Of a stretch of 43,150 nt of DNA, positions 27,255-36,125 are shown in pieces. Both the position numbers and the translations under genes were made by a program. Every line of letters begins with the position of its first letter. Position 1 is the stretch's first letter. The notes under the pieces were generated by a model that was given only the letters and a program-made list of their open reading frames with translations, made no database searches and was not told where the DNA came from. The DNA is from a virus (taxonomy: Duplodnaviria > Caudoviricetes), in IMG/VR virus record IMGVR_UViG_3300012940_000013, positions 1 to 43,150 of that record; one strand, 5' to 3'.

Positions 27255-29332
27255 TCGTCGTCCTTGTCGTCCGTATCCATCCACGGCCGCGGATTGCGCC
27301 GAGCTGGTTGCGGGGCCGAGGCAACGAGCAGCGCCCCTGTTTGCGACAAGGCCTGCATGGCGCGGTCCGTCACCGCGTATTCACCGCCTCGGGCCTCGAG
27401 CAGGCCCAAGCCCTCGAGCTTCTTGCAGATCCGCGTGGCCTGCGTCTTGCTGGTGTCGATGTTGCGTGCAATTTCGCTGTACGGAACCCATCCGCGCGCC
27501 AGGAGCGTGAGCACGTCGCGCGCCAGGATCGGGGTTTTGTCCGGCCGCGCGCCGACCACGGTTGACATGACGGCATCCTCGCAGGGCTCGAGCACTGCGC
27601 TCGTGACGATCGCCCCGTCCTCGTCGAAAACGCCCGGCAGCTCGACGCCTTTGAGCCGCAGCATCATGTCGGCCGGGATCTCAGCGTCCTTCATCTTGGT
27701 CGTCTTGACGATCACGTTGCCCGCCTCGTCGCGCGTGATCTCGTGTTCAGCGTCAACCGCAGCCTTGAGCGCCGACGATCCGCGCGCACGGTCCTGGTTG
27801 TGCCCGGAGTGATGCACGATGATGACGGCGCACCGCCACGGCTGGATCAGGTACTTGTCGACGGCAGCAATGAATGCCGACATGTCGGCCGTCGAGTTTT
27901 CATCGCCCGGCCCGAAGTTGCGCGCCAGCGTATCGATGACGATGAGCGCCGGCGGCCGCTCGCCCTTGCCGGACAGTTCCCAGATGGCATCCGCCACCGC
28001 GATGACCGACTCCTCGACGAGCAGCTGTGCCGCGCCCGAGGACTTCCAGAGCATGCCATTGGGGATCTGCGTATCGTGCGCGACTTCCCATGCGCGAAAG
28101 CGCCGAGCCAGGCCGTTGTGTCCCTCGCCGGCCAGGTAAAACACCGGCCCCGGCTTTTGAATGGCGTGACCTTGCCAGGGATGGCCGGTCGCCACGCATG
28201 CCGCGAAGTCGACGGCCGCAAAAGATTTGGCCGAGCCGGGCGGCCCATAGATGAGGACAAGCGAATCCTGCTCGATGTAGTCGCGTACCAGCCACTGTAT
28301 CGGCTTGATATCTGCGACGAGCTCGGCGACGTCGTCGAATCGGAAGCCGCCGCGCGTCGGCTGCGCCGCTGGTACAGCGCCCCCGACGGGCGCCGCCTCG
28401 CGCGACAGTGGGTTGAGCCATCCGCCGCGCTGCGCCTCGACGAACACGGCGCGATAGTTGGTTTGCGTCGCCGCGAAGCCGTCCCATCGCTTGCGCTGGT
28501 CGGTCGCGTCGTACTTGGTCGACCGCTGACTGTACTCATCCCACAGCGCAAAGCCGGGCTCGCCCAAGGTTTTGAGCGCCTGGCCCATGCGAATCCACGT
28601 GTTGCGGTCGTCCGGGTCGACGAAGTACAGAGCCTGCCGCAGCTCATCGAGCGTCTTTTCCGGCACCGTGTACACCGTGCCCGGCACCGTTGGCGCGCTT
28701 GTTTCCCCCGCGATCAGGCGATCGATGAGCCACGCCGGCGCGCTGGCAATTTCTGCGCCGGCCAGGGGATCGCTCGACGCTTCCCAGACATAGGCGGTCC
28801 CGCTGGTATGCGTCGATGGCTCGGCTACGATGTACCCGCCGGCGCCCTTGACGTCGACGCCAGGCCCAAGCCGGCCGACGAGTTTCACCCCGGCCGGCAC
28901 GCGGTAAAGGTAGTGTTGGCCGCCCCCGCCGGTCAGCTGCATGGCTGTGTCAGGGAGCTTGCCGCACTGAGCCTGCAGTGCGTCGATGGTGTCCTCGCCG
29001 CCGTTGCGCGGGTCGACGTCAATCGCCACCATGCCATCCGGGATGGCGAGCCCGATGTTGGCATCCGGATTCGCGGCAAAGACTTGGCGCAGCACGCGCT
29101 CGTCATTGGTCGCCGAGTGCACGCCGCCGAACATGTGCGCCTCGCGCACGACGAGTGGATGCTTGCCTGGGGATCTGCATTCAGGATCGCCGCACGAGCA
29201 CCGGCCGTCGACGATGTGATAAAGCGGCAGCACCTTGAAGCCGGCCGCGACGTAGCGCAGCGCATAGTCGAGCCTACTGCCCGGCACCACCCCGGCCGCC
29301 TGCCGGGTCAATGGGTTTTGTGTGACATCCAT
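27251..29332 (-). CDS. Bifunctional primase-polymerase (Prim-Pol) with PriCT-2 and AAA_25/RepA-like helicase
   Basis: CSCGDPECRSPGKHP, NIGLA, IDVDPRNGG, TGGGGQHYLY, WIRMGQALK, YGPPGSAKSF, IVIDTLAR, VHHSG..RARGSSAL. Confidence 0.92.
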   Translation of the reverse strand: MDVTQNPLTRQAAGVVPGSRLDYALRYVAAGFKVLPLYHIVDGRCSCGDPECRSPGKHPLVVREAHMFGGVHSATNDERVLRQVFAANPDANIGLAIPDGMVAIDVDPRNGGEDTIDALQAQCGKLPDTAMQLTGGGGQHYLYRVPAGVKLVGRLGPGVDVKGAGGYIVAEPSTHTSGTAYVWEASSDPLAGAEIASAPAWLIDRLIAGETSAPTVPGTVYTVPEKTLDELRQALYFVDPDDRNTWIRMGQALKTLGEPGFALWDEYSQRSTKYDATDQRKRWDGFAATQTNYRAVFVEAQRGGWLNPLSREAAPVGGAVPAAQPTRGGFRFDDVAELVADIKPIQWLVRDYIEQDSLVLIYGPPGSAKSFAAVDFAACVATGHPWQGHAIQKPGPVFYLAGEGHNGLARRFRAWEVAHDTQIPNGMLWKSSGAAQLLVEESVIAVADAIWELSGKGERPPALIVIDTLARNFGPGDENSTADMSAFIAAVDKYLIQPWRCAVIIVHHSGHNQDRARGSSALKAAVDAEHEITRDEAGNVIVKTTKMKDAEIPADMMLRLKGVELPGVFDEDGAIVTSAVLEPCEDAVMSTVVGARPDKTPILARDVLTLLARGWVPYSEIARNIDTSKTQATRICKKLEGLGLLEARGGEYAVTDRAMQALSQTGALLVASAPQPARRNPRPWMDTDDKDDE

Positions 29333-29369
29333 GCACGCCCTGTTTGGTATCCGCCCCTCATCGAAAAGG

Positions 29370-29434
29370 TGCCGGCAGCAGGCCGGGGCGGCGCGGTTTC
29401 GGTCTAGGGATCAGCTAGTCCTAGCTGCCGGCGG
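29370..29434 (-). ncRNA. C4/CI-like structured RNA in the primase leader
   Basis: Closing stem GCCGGCAGC/GCTGCCGGC with internal hairpins; its CCGCCCC segment is complementary to downstream GGGGCGG. Confidence 0.55.
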
Positions 29435-29438
29435 TGAG

Positions 29439-29469
29439 ACTTTACCATCGTGATGAGTATTTCACAACA
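29439..29469 (-). promoter_or_regulatory. sigma70-like promoter for the primase operon, overlapped by an operator
   Basis: TTGTGA-17bp-TAAAGT with TGG extension; operator TGATGAG-TATTT-CACAACA at 29451-29469. Confidence 0.65.
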
Positions 29470-29509
29470 CCAAGAAAGGTATTGTTCCACCATTGCCAGC
29501 GGGCGCCGG

Positions 29510-29812
29510 TCATTTGAAATGCTGATCGAGCAATGCTTGGATGACTCGCCCTTTCTTGCGGGATTCGCCTATTTGTAGCAGTACCGCCCAGTGCTTGAGC
29601 GGTACGCGGCCGCCCGTGCCCTTGAGGTGCGACGGTCGCATCCAGCGAGATATAGCCGAGGATGAGATCTTATGCGTGCCGCCTGTATGATCAGCAATCG
29701 CCCGCGCCAACGCGCGACAGCCGCCCAGCTCCACGATGATCGAGTGCGCGGGCTCCATATTGTGCTTAGGGGTCATTGCCATGCCGCTCGCCTGTGTATA
29801 AAAACTCAACAT
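29510..29812 (-). CDS. Cro-like HTH transcriptional regulator
   Basis: PAHSIIVELGGCRALARAI..SAISRW..GTGGRVPLKHW; divergent from the early operon; start uncertain. Confidence 0.8.
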   Translation of the reverse strand: MLSFYTQASGMAMTPKHNMEPAHSIIVELGGCRALARAIADHTGGTHKISSSAISRWMRPSHLKGTGGRVPLKHWAVLLQIGESRKKGRVIQALLDQHFK

Positions 29813-29831
29813 GGGCCTGGCTTCAGGCCGA

Positions 29832-29850
29832 TGATGAGATTGTATCACCA
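29832..29850 (-). promoter_or_regulatory. Operator overlapping the cro extended -10 (TGATACAAT)
   Basis: TGATGAG-ATTGT-ATCACCA. Confidence 0.6.
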
Positions 29851-29969
29851 AGGGGCAGCGATGGCACCGAAACCGCGTCGGCTTAACCGCAAATTGACGC
29901 CACCTATCGGCTGATCAATACCGATTGAAAAATATCATCGGGATGCGTGCTGAATTTACAACGCGCGCC

Positions 29970-30000
29970 CGTTGATCTTTTCTCATCGCGCTGGCAGAAT
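29970..30000 (+). promoter_or_regulatory. Early promoter with embedded operator
   Basis: TTGATC-17bp-CAGAAT; operator CGTTGAT-CTTTT-CTCATCG at 29970-29988; near-identical copy at 33657. Confidence 0.75.
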
Positions 30001-30024
30001 CTCAACCGTAACGATGCAGCAGCC

Positions 30025-30175
30025 AGCAGCACCCGAGCGCAGCGGGCCGGTAGACCGGATAACTGCGCCATGCCAGCCGGCGGTGCATGCAAGTCAACAC
30101 CGGCAGCCAGGGCGTGGGTCGTCTCCTTCCCTGCGTGACCTGGCCGTAAGCCCCGCCGCGTAAGTGCGGGGCGCC
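30025..30175 (+). ncRNA. Structured leader or sRNA (four consecutive hairpins)
   Basis: GCGCAG..CTGCGC, GCCGG..CCGGC, GCCAGG..CCTGGC with a GTCTCCTT loop, GCCCCGC..GCGGGGC. Confidence 0.4.
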
Positions 30176-30332
30176 CCTGACAACCATCGACCGACCGACC
30201 GACCGAACCATGACCGTGATTGCTTTCCCGTCCCTGCCGTCCGGCAATCCTTCTCCCTCCCAACACAAGCGCGCTCGCCCTGTCGATCAGGCGCATGACG
30301 CCTGCCTGCGCGCTCAACATGAGAACCCCGCC

Positions 30333-30746
30333 ATGACCGACATTGCTATCAGCCCCACCGCGCTCGCACAGATGACCGATGACGAGCTCGCCCATGCCTG
30401 GATCGATGCGAAGCTCGCCGAGGAACGCGCGAACGCGCATCGCCTGGAAGTCGAGATGGAAATCGTGCGCCGATTCCCGGCCAAGGAAGAAGGCGCGCAA
30501 ACGCACACGCTGCCCTCTGGCGTCAAGCTCGAGGTCGTCGGCAAGCTCACCTACCGGGCCGACATGGACAAGCTCATGCACCTGATCGCCCAGGTGCCCG
30601 AGAAGTTGCGGCCGATCAAAGTGGAAACGAAGCTGGACGAAACGGGCGCGAAGTACCTGCGCGCCAACGAGCCCGAGATCTGGCGCATCCTTGCGCCGGC
30701 CATCACTGTGAAGCCTGCCAAGGTCGCGGTGCGCGTCAAGATTTAA
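30333..30746 (+). CDS. Hypothetical helical protein preceding the Sak4-like ATPase
   Basis: WIDAKLAEERANAHRLEVE..ITVKPAKVAVRV; usual position in Sak4 modules; start could be upstream. Confidence 0.7.
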   Translation: MTDIAISPTALAQMTDDELAHAWIDAKLAEERANAHRLEVEMEIVRRFPAKEEGAQTHTLPSGVKLEVVGKLTYRADMDKLMHLIAQVPEKLRPIKVETKLDETGAKYLRANEPEIWRILAPAITVKPAKVAVRVKI

Positions 30747-30773
30747 CCCCACCGATGAGAGAGGATCATCATC

Positions 30774-31511
30774 ATGGCATTTGACCTGCAATCCATCCAG
30801 CGCAACAAGGCGACCGCCGCCCCGCGGATCTTCCTGTACGGCGTCGAAGGTATCGGCAAGTCGACATTTGGCGCGATGGCGCCGGCGCCGATTTTCATCC
30901 CGACCGAGGACGGCCTTGGCCGGCTTGAGGTCGACCACTTCCCGCTTGCCAAGTCGACCGACGATATCATGAGCGCGATCGCCACGCTCTATCAGGAGCA
31001 ACACGACTTCAAAACCGTGGTGATCGACTCTGTCGATTGGGCCGAGAACTTCATCTTTCGCGAGCTCGAGTCGCAATACGACGCCAAAGATCTCGCTTAC
31101 GGAAAAAGCGCCGTGCTCGCCGCGGACAAGTGGCGCGGCATCATCGAAGGCCTGGACGCGCTGCGCAATGACCGCGGCATGACCGTCATCCTGATCGCGC
31201 ACTGCCAAATCAAGCGCTTCGAGTCGCCGGAGGTCGAGCCATACGACCGTTACCAGCCGAAGCTGCAGGATCGCTCGAGCGCCATCCTGCGCGAGTGGGC
31301 CGACTGCGTGCTGTTCGCCAACTGGCAGACCGTGACCAAGAAGGAGGACGCTGGCGGCTTCAACAAGGAGCGCTATCGCGGGATCTCGACCGGCCAGCGC
31401 CTGCTGCACACGTCCGAGCGCCCCGCCCACATGGCGAAGAACCGTTACGCCCTGCCCGACACCATCCCGCTCGACTGGAACGAATTTTCCAAGCTGATCC
31501 AGCAATCTTGA
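30774..31511 (+). CDS. AAA_24/Sak4-like ATPase (ssDNA annealing)
   Basis: YGVEGIGKST, VVIDSVDW, LIAH, EWADCVLFA, AKNRY. Confidence 0.9.
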   Translation: MAFDLQSIQRNKATAAPRIFLYGVEGIGKSTFGAMAPAPIFIPTEDGLGRLEVDHFPLAKSTDDIMSAIATLYQEQHDFKTVVIDSVDWAENFIFRELESQYDAKDLAYGKSAVLAADKWRGIIEGLDALRNDRGMTVILIAHCQIKRFESPEVEPYDRYQPKLQDRSSAILREWADCVLFANWQTVTKKEDAGGFNKERYRGISTGQRLLHTSERPAHMAKNRYALPDTIPLDWNEFSKLIQQS

Positions 31512-31530
31512 TCTACAGGAGCCCATCACA

Positions 31531-32085
31531 ATGAGCAACATCGCATCCGTCCTTGGCCGTACTTTTGACGCCAGCACCGTCGATCCGTCCAACTCTTTCG
31601 AGCCGATCCCCAAGGGCAAGTATCTCGTGATCATCACCGAGAGCGAGATCAAATCGACCAAGGCCGGCGACGGTCAGTATCTGCAGCTCGTTCATGAAAT
31701 CGTTGATGGTCAGTACAAGGGCCGCAAGTTGTGGGCGCGCCTGAACATCGTGAACCGCAACAAGACGGCCGAGGACATAGCGCAGCGCACGCTGTCTGCG
31801 TTGTGCCGCGCCGCCGGCGTAATGAACCTGCAGGACTCCACGCAGCTGCATAACATCCCCGTGGTGGCCGACGTCAAGGTGTCCAAAGACGGCGAGCAGA
31901 ACGAGATCGTCACCTATGCCGCCGCGGGGGCGCAGCGCCAGGCCATGGGGTTTCAGCAGCAGGGAAACTCGAGCATGGCTGCGCATGGTGCGCCCCCGGC
32001 GAGCGCGGTCCCTGTGTCTGCCGACCCTTCGACTGACGTTGCCCCCCAGGCCTCGAGCGTGCCGCCCTGGAAGCGCGGCAAGTAA
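31531..32085 (+). CDS. DUF669-family ssDNA-binding protein
   Basis: FEPIPKGKY..GQYKGRKLWARLN..C-terminal PPWKR. Confidence 0.85.
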   Translation: MSNIASVLGRTFDASTVDPSNSFEPIPKGKYLVIITESEIKSTKAGDGQYLQLVHEIVDGQYKGRKLWARLNIVNRNKTAEDIAQRTLSALCRAAGVMNLQDSTQLHNIPVVADVKVSKDGEQNEIVTYAAAGAQRQAMGFQQQGNSSMAAHGAPPASAVPVSADPSTDVAPQASSVPPWKRGK

Positions 32086-32125
32086 TCTTCGCCGGGCCAT
32101 GCGCCCGGCCCTTTGGAATCCAGAC

Positions 32126-32314
32126 ATGACAAAGAACTTCTGGTCCCACGACGAGCCGCCCCCTTGCGGGCCGAAGCTGATGAAACTGATGCAGCAAATG
32201 CGCGAGAAGATCAACGAGCGCGCACTGCCAAACGTGCTGCCTTCGCGCTGGAAACTGAGCCTCGAGCGCGCCGCGCAACGTGAACAGGAGGAACGAGCCA
32301 ATGAAACCGTATGA
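32126..32314 (+). CDS. Hypothetical protein
   Basis: MTKNFWSHDEPP..; overlaps the next start. Confidence 0.5.
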   Translation: MTKNFWSHDEPPPCGPKLMKLMQQMREKINERALPNVLPSRWKLSLERAAQREQEERANETV

Positions 32315-32543
32315 CGGCGGACCCGCCTTCCCCATCTCGCCGCGCATGGGCATGTCCACGCGCGCCTACTTTGCCGCCAAGGTGATGCAGGCCCTGGTAG
32401 CCAGTGGATGGTTCACCGGCCTGGACGGGCAAGAACCCACCACGGCAGAAGAATCCGCCGCAAACTGCGCCAGGCGTGCCGTGCTGTTTGCCGATGCTTT
32501 GCTGGCCGAACTCGAGCGAGTCGACGATGGCGGCAATCCCTGA
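32301..32543 (+). CDS. Conserved phage hypothetical protein (GGPAFP family)
   Basis: DGGPAFP..GMSTRAYFAAKVMQAL..ADALLAEL; AGGAGG RBS. Confidence 0.8.
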   Translation: MKPYDGGPAFPISPRMGMSTRAYFAAKVMQALVASGWFTGLDGQEPTTAEESAANCARRAVLFADALLAELERVDDGGNP

Positions 32544-33654
32544 ACCCGTGCACACGCATACGACGCCGCGCGCCATCTTCAAGCTGTACGAGGAACGCGC
32601 GGCCAAGGAGCCGCCGCGCCCGTACCTGGGCGCCTCGATCATCGGCAAGCCCTGCGACCGGGCGCTCTGGTATCAGTTCCGCCAGGTGGCGATCGTCCGC
32701 TTCGAAGGCCGCATGCTGCGCCTGTTCGATACCGGGCACCGCGAGGAGACGCGGTTCATCGAGGAACTGCGCGGCATCGGCTGCGAAGTCCTGGACGTCG
32801 ACCCCGAGACCGGCGAGCAATGGGAGGTCAGCGCCGTCAACGGGCATTTCTCCGGCCATGCCGACGGCGTCGCCAGGGGACTACCCGAGGCCCCGAAGAA
32901 ATGGGCGCTGCTGGAATTCAAGACGCACAACGCCAAGAGCTTCGCAAAGTTGATCGCCGAAGGCGTCGAGAAGTCCAAGCCCGAACACTGGGCACAGATG
33001 CACGTCTACGGCCATCTGCTCGGCCTCGATCGTGCTCTGTATCTGGCATGCAGCAAGGACACCGACGACCTGCATGCCGAATGGGTGCACATCGACAAGT
33101 CGGTCGCCGAGCGTTTCCTTGCGCGTGCCGAGCGGATCATCTACGCGACCCACCCGCCGGCGCGCCTGTCCGATGACCCCGCGCACTGGCAATGCAAGTT
33201 TTGCGACTTCTATGACGTTTGCCACCAAGACGCACCGCCGCGAAAGAACTGCCGAACCTGCGTGCACGCGACACCGTGCAAGGATCGTGACGGTGGCAAG
33301 TGGGTGTGTAGCGCACCAGGCGCAGGCGATGCGGAGATCCCGATCGACGTGCAGCTAACCGGCTGCCCCGAGCATCTTTTCATTCCGCCGCTTCTGCAAT
33401 ATGCCGACCCTGTCGACGCCGGAACGGGATGGGTTGCCTATCAGCATCGCGCCACCGGCAAGGGATTCGTCAACGTCGCGGCAAGCGCCGACCGAGAGAC
33501 GATGCCCGAGCTCGTCGACGCAGAATTCACGAGCGATGAGCTCGCCATCGCAAGACCGGCCGTCGTTGCCGACGAATTTGTGCGCGACCTTAAGGCCGAG
33601 TTCCCCGGTGCGCGGGTTGTGGCCGATGATCGGGTTACAACTTCGACCGGCTGA
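32527..33654 (+). CDS. Cas4-like PD-(D/E)XK exonuclease with Cys cluster
   Basis: LGASIIGKPCDRALWY, GHADG, LEFKT, QMHVY, CKFCDFYDVC. Confidence 0.85.
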   Translation: MAAIPEPVHTHTTPRAIFKLYEERAAKEPPRPYLGASIIGKPCDRALWYQFRQVAIVRFEGRMLRLFDTGHREETRFIEELRGIGCEVLDVDPETGEQWEVSAVNGHFSGHADGVARGLPEAPKKWALLEFKTHNAKSFAKLIAEGVEKSKPEHWAQMHVYGHLLGLDRALYLACSKDTDDLHAEWVHIDKSVAERFLARAERIIYATHPPARLSDDPAHWQCKFCDFYDVCHQDAPPRKNCRTCVHATPCKDRDGGKWVCSAPGAGDAEIPIDVQLTGCPEHLFIPPLLQYADPVDAGTGWVAYQHRATGKGFVNVAASADRETMPELVDAEFTSDELAIARPAVVADEFVRDLKAEFPGARVVADDRVTTSTG

Positions 33655-33656
33655 TG

Positions 33657-33687
33657 CGTTGATATTTTCTCATCGCAGTGGCACAAT
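33657..33687 (+). promoter_or_regulatory. Second early promoter with embedded operator
   Basis: TTGATA-17bp-CACAAT; operator CGTTGAT-ATTTT-CTCATCG. Confidence 0.75.
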
Positions 33688-33718
33688 TTACATACCTAAA
33701 CACAGGGAGGAAATAACC

Positions 33719-33892
33719 ATGGAAGATCATCACACTGCAGCGCGCCAGGCATGGGTGCGCAGCCTGCAACGTCAATCTGCTTTTGCCCTTCGCGTCGAGC
33801 ATGCCAAAGAGCGCATGGGAGAGCGCTACTTGTTTCATCCGGCAAATCGAGTGAAGCGCCTCGTGCGGCCGCCGTTTTCCGTGAGCGCGTAA
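33719..33892 (+). CDS. Hypothetical protein
   Basis: GGAGG RBS; MEDHHTAARQ..MGERYLFHPANRV. Confidence 0.7.
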   Translation: MEDHHTAARQAWVRSLQRQSAFALRVEHAKERMGERYLFHPANRVKRLVRPPFSVSA

Positions 33893-33909
33893 TCACGTGG
33901 GGGGAACAC

Positions 33910-34278
33910 ATGAACGATTTTGTTGACTACCACAACGGCCCGAACCTGGGCCTTGAGCCGCCTGCTGCGCCCAAGGCTGAGCCGAGCGACGAGGAAATAG
34001 AGGCCTTGGCGTTGGCTCACGGCATCAACAAATCCGACGAACATTGGGGCGCTAGGTACTACACGGAACTGGGCAGCAGTCTGTTCCGTTTCGCCCGCGC
34101 CCTTCTATCCCGTTACGGCAGGCCTGCACGGGATGCGGACGAGTATCAGGCAATGCTGGCAGTCATGGAGCAGATCGACCCGGCCACGTTCCCAGGTCTC
34201 ACGGCCGCGCAACGTTGCGCCCTGGGCCGCTTTGCCAAGCCATTGTCCGCGCTGCCGCAGAGGTCGGCAGGCGAATGA
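33910..34278 (+). CDS. Hypothetical protein
   Basis: GGGGG RBS; PSDEEIEALA..FARALLSRYG phage mosaic motif. Confidence 0.7.
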   Translation: MNDFVDYHNGPNLGLEPPAAPKAEPSDEEIEALALAHGINKSDEHWGARYYTELGSSLFRFARALLSRYGRPARDADEYQAMLAVMEQIDPATFPGLTAAQRCALGRFAKPLSALPQRSAGE

Positions 34279-34291
34279 TTGAAGAGATGAA

Positions 34292-34585
34292 ATGAACACT
34301 CATGACATTGAAACCGTCTTACGCAGCTTTTTGACAGGTGATGGATACATAGCTGCCGACGATATCCCTGCAATTTGCGCCGCCCTCGAAGCGGCGCGGG
34401 TGGAGGTGGACGCGCTGAAGGCCGAGAACGAGATGCTGCGCGAAGCGCTGAACGACGCCGACAGCGAGATGGATTGGCTCGATGAGGATATGGACACGTG
34501 CGACCACTCGGTCGGAGTGTGCATGTGCTCGTACTGGAGCGTGCGGCGAAAGATGAAAGCCGCGCTGGCGAAGGAGAACGAATGA
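34292..34585 (+). CDS. Hypothetical protein with coiled coil and Cys motif
   Basis: CDHSVGVCMC; ATGA coupling to the next gene. Confidence 0.7.
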   Translation: MNTHDIETVLRSFLTGDGYIAADDIPAICAALEAARVEVDALKAENEMLREALNDADSEMDWLDEDMDTCDHSVGVCMCSYWSVRRKMKAALAKENE

Positions 34586-34821
34586 AATTTGTCCTGAGTG
34601 GCCCAGTCAAGGGCGTTAGAAAGTCCTACGCATTGTGGGTAGAGAGCGGCGTCCGGTTCCAGCCACTGGTGTATTTCCAGAAGCCAAAGTGGATCAAAGA
34701 CGACGCTGCGTGGGAGAAGTTCGTCCGTGGAGCGTTCACGGCGATCAGCGCTGAAGGGCAAGCCGCGATCAACGAGATGTTGGAAAGTGCCGCATTGGAT
34801 CGAGAGGTGAGCAATGACTGA
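34582..34821 (+). CDS. Hypothetical protein
   Basis: AAGGAG RBS; MKFVLSGPVKG.. Confidence 0.7.
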   Translation: MKFVLSGPVKGVRKSYALWVESGVRFQPLVYFQKPKWIKDDAAWEKFVRGAFTAISAEGQAAINEMLESAALDREVSND

Positions 34822-35074
34822 CCGCTACGCACGTATCAGGGAGGCGCTGCCAATTCTCATAGCGGAGGCCCAAGCAAAAGGCGGGAGAAACGAGCGAGCA
34901 GAATTGATCGTTGATCTGCTTGAGGAGCGTGACGCGCTGCGAAAGGCGCTGAAAGATCTGATTGCTTGGGTTCCATCGGCGGACACGTATCGCCGCTTGG
35001 GCCTCGATCCTGAAGCACCGATGCGAGCGTTGGGGAAGGCCCGCGCAGCGTTGGGGAGAAAAGAAGATGGTTAA
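34814..35074 (+). CDS. Hypothetical protein (C-terminal module shared with 36847..37395)
   Basis: GAGG RBS; WVPSADTYRRLG. Confidence 0.7.
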   Translation: MTDRYARIREALPILIAEAQAKGGRNERAELIVDLLEERDALRKALKDLIAWVPSADTYRRLGLDPEAPMRALGKARAALGRKEDG

Positions 35075-35345
35075 GAAGAAGCCCAAGAACTTCGATCCCG
35101 CGCTGGCTTATTGGAAACAGTATGTGGGGAGAGAGGTTGTGGTCGTCCACACAATCTCCCCCGACGCATTCCAAAAAGGTGTGGGGAAATACAAGGACGT
35201 ATCTAAAGGGGTCATCGTTTCTGTGTACAGGGAGCTTGGTTATAGAAACGGTCCCGTCATAATTTGGTACACGGACCACAAAACCTTTATGAGCAGCTTC
35301 TACCCGGAGTTGGAGAGCGACGGGTTTCATTTTGAAATTACTTGA
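35067..35345 (+). CDS. Hypothetical protein, lower GC
   Basis: GGAG RBS; MVKKKPKNFDPALAYW.. Confidence 0.6.
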   Translation: MVKKKPKNFDPALAYWKQYVGREVVVVHTISPDAFQKGVGKYKDVSKGVIVSVYRELGYRNGPVIIWYTDHKTFMSSFYPELESDGFHFEIT

Positions 35346-35356
35346 AGGAGAGCGGA

Positions 35357-35947
35357 ATGGAATTTAAAGTCGGGCAAGTGTGGCGGGACAGGGACGAAGC
35401 ACTGCACACCATCGAAAAAGTTTTTCCTACCTCGGCGGCCTTCTACCCGGTGGTGGCCAAGGCCCATAACGGGGGATTCAAACGGACTTACACCCAGCAG
35501 GGCAGGTACATCGACGACAACAAGCCTTGCGGTCTGGACCTGGTCGAGCTGGTGCAGGACGTGGACGAGACGGAGCAAGCGGAGCAAGAGCCGAAGATCC
35601 GCGTTGGGCAGGTCTGGCGGACCCGAGACGGAAGGGTCGCAAAGATTATCGCTGTGAATCCGTCGAGCCTGCCCCCCATCGTTGCTGAGATCGATGGATC
35701 GTTGCTGTTCACTGGCGGTTCGGATCTCGTGGAGCTTCTTGAAAGCCCGGCCACGGAGCCAGAGCGTGACGAGATCGTTCACGCACAAGCGGAAGCCAGC
35801 GGCAAAATGCTGGACGAATACGGCGACCGCGCCTTGTTCGATGCGCTGATCGTGCAGTCCGTCGTGACCGGCATGATCGAGCGGCAAAGCGTCGAGAAGG
35901 TGCTGGCCGGGATCCGCATGATCATCGAGGCCCGCCGGTCGCTGTAA
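35357..35947 (+). CDS. Hypothetical protein with duplicated VGQVWRxRD..DLVEL module
   Basis: AAGGAG RBS; internal repeat. Confidence 0.75.
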   Translation: MEFKVGQVWRDRDEALHTIEKVFPTSAAFYPVVAKAHNGGFKRTYTQQGRYIDDNKPCGLDLVELVQDVDETEQAEQEPKIRVGQVWRTRDGRVAKIIAVNPSSLPPIVAEIDGSLLFTGGSDLVELLESPATEPERDEIVHAQAEASGKMLDEYGDRALFDALIVQSVVTGMIERQSVEKVLAGIRMIIEARRSL

Positions 35948-35951
35948 TGCC

Positions 35952-36125
35952 ATGGGTCAGTTCACGTTGTACGACTTGCTGGCTCGGTACGAGGCGACCC
36001 GCGATGAGCTCCGGGCCAGCAACCATCCAGACGCAACTGCCTACGATGTGCTGATCGCAAATGTTCGCCAGATGATCGGCGAGTTTGAGCGCAGCGGGGC
36101 AATCCAAAAATCCGGAGAGGAATGA
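35952..36125 (+). CDS. Small hypothetical protein (57 aa)
   Basis: MGQFTLYDLLARYEATRDEL..; fills the gap, stop overlaps the next ATG. Confidence 0.55.
   Translation: MGQFTLYDLLARYEATRDELRASNHPDATAYDVLIANVRQMIGEFERSGAIQKSGEE

Noticed and set aside
29904-31661. 585-aa minus-strand ORF
   Set aside because: Shadow of the Sak4-like operon on the plus strand.
32527-33654. CRISPR-Cas system suggested by the Cas4-like gene
   Set aside because: No repeat-spacer array or other cas genes; solo Cas4-like nucleases are normal in Sak4/SSB recombination modules.
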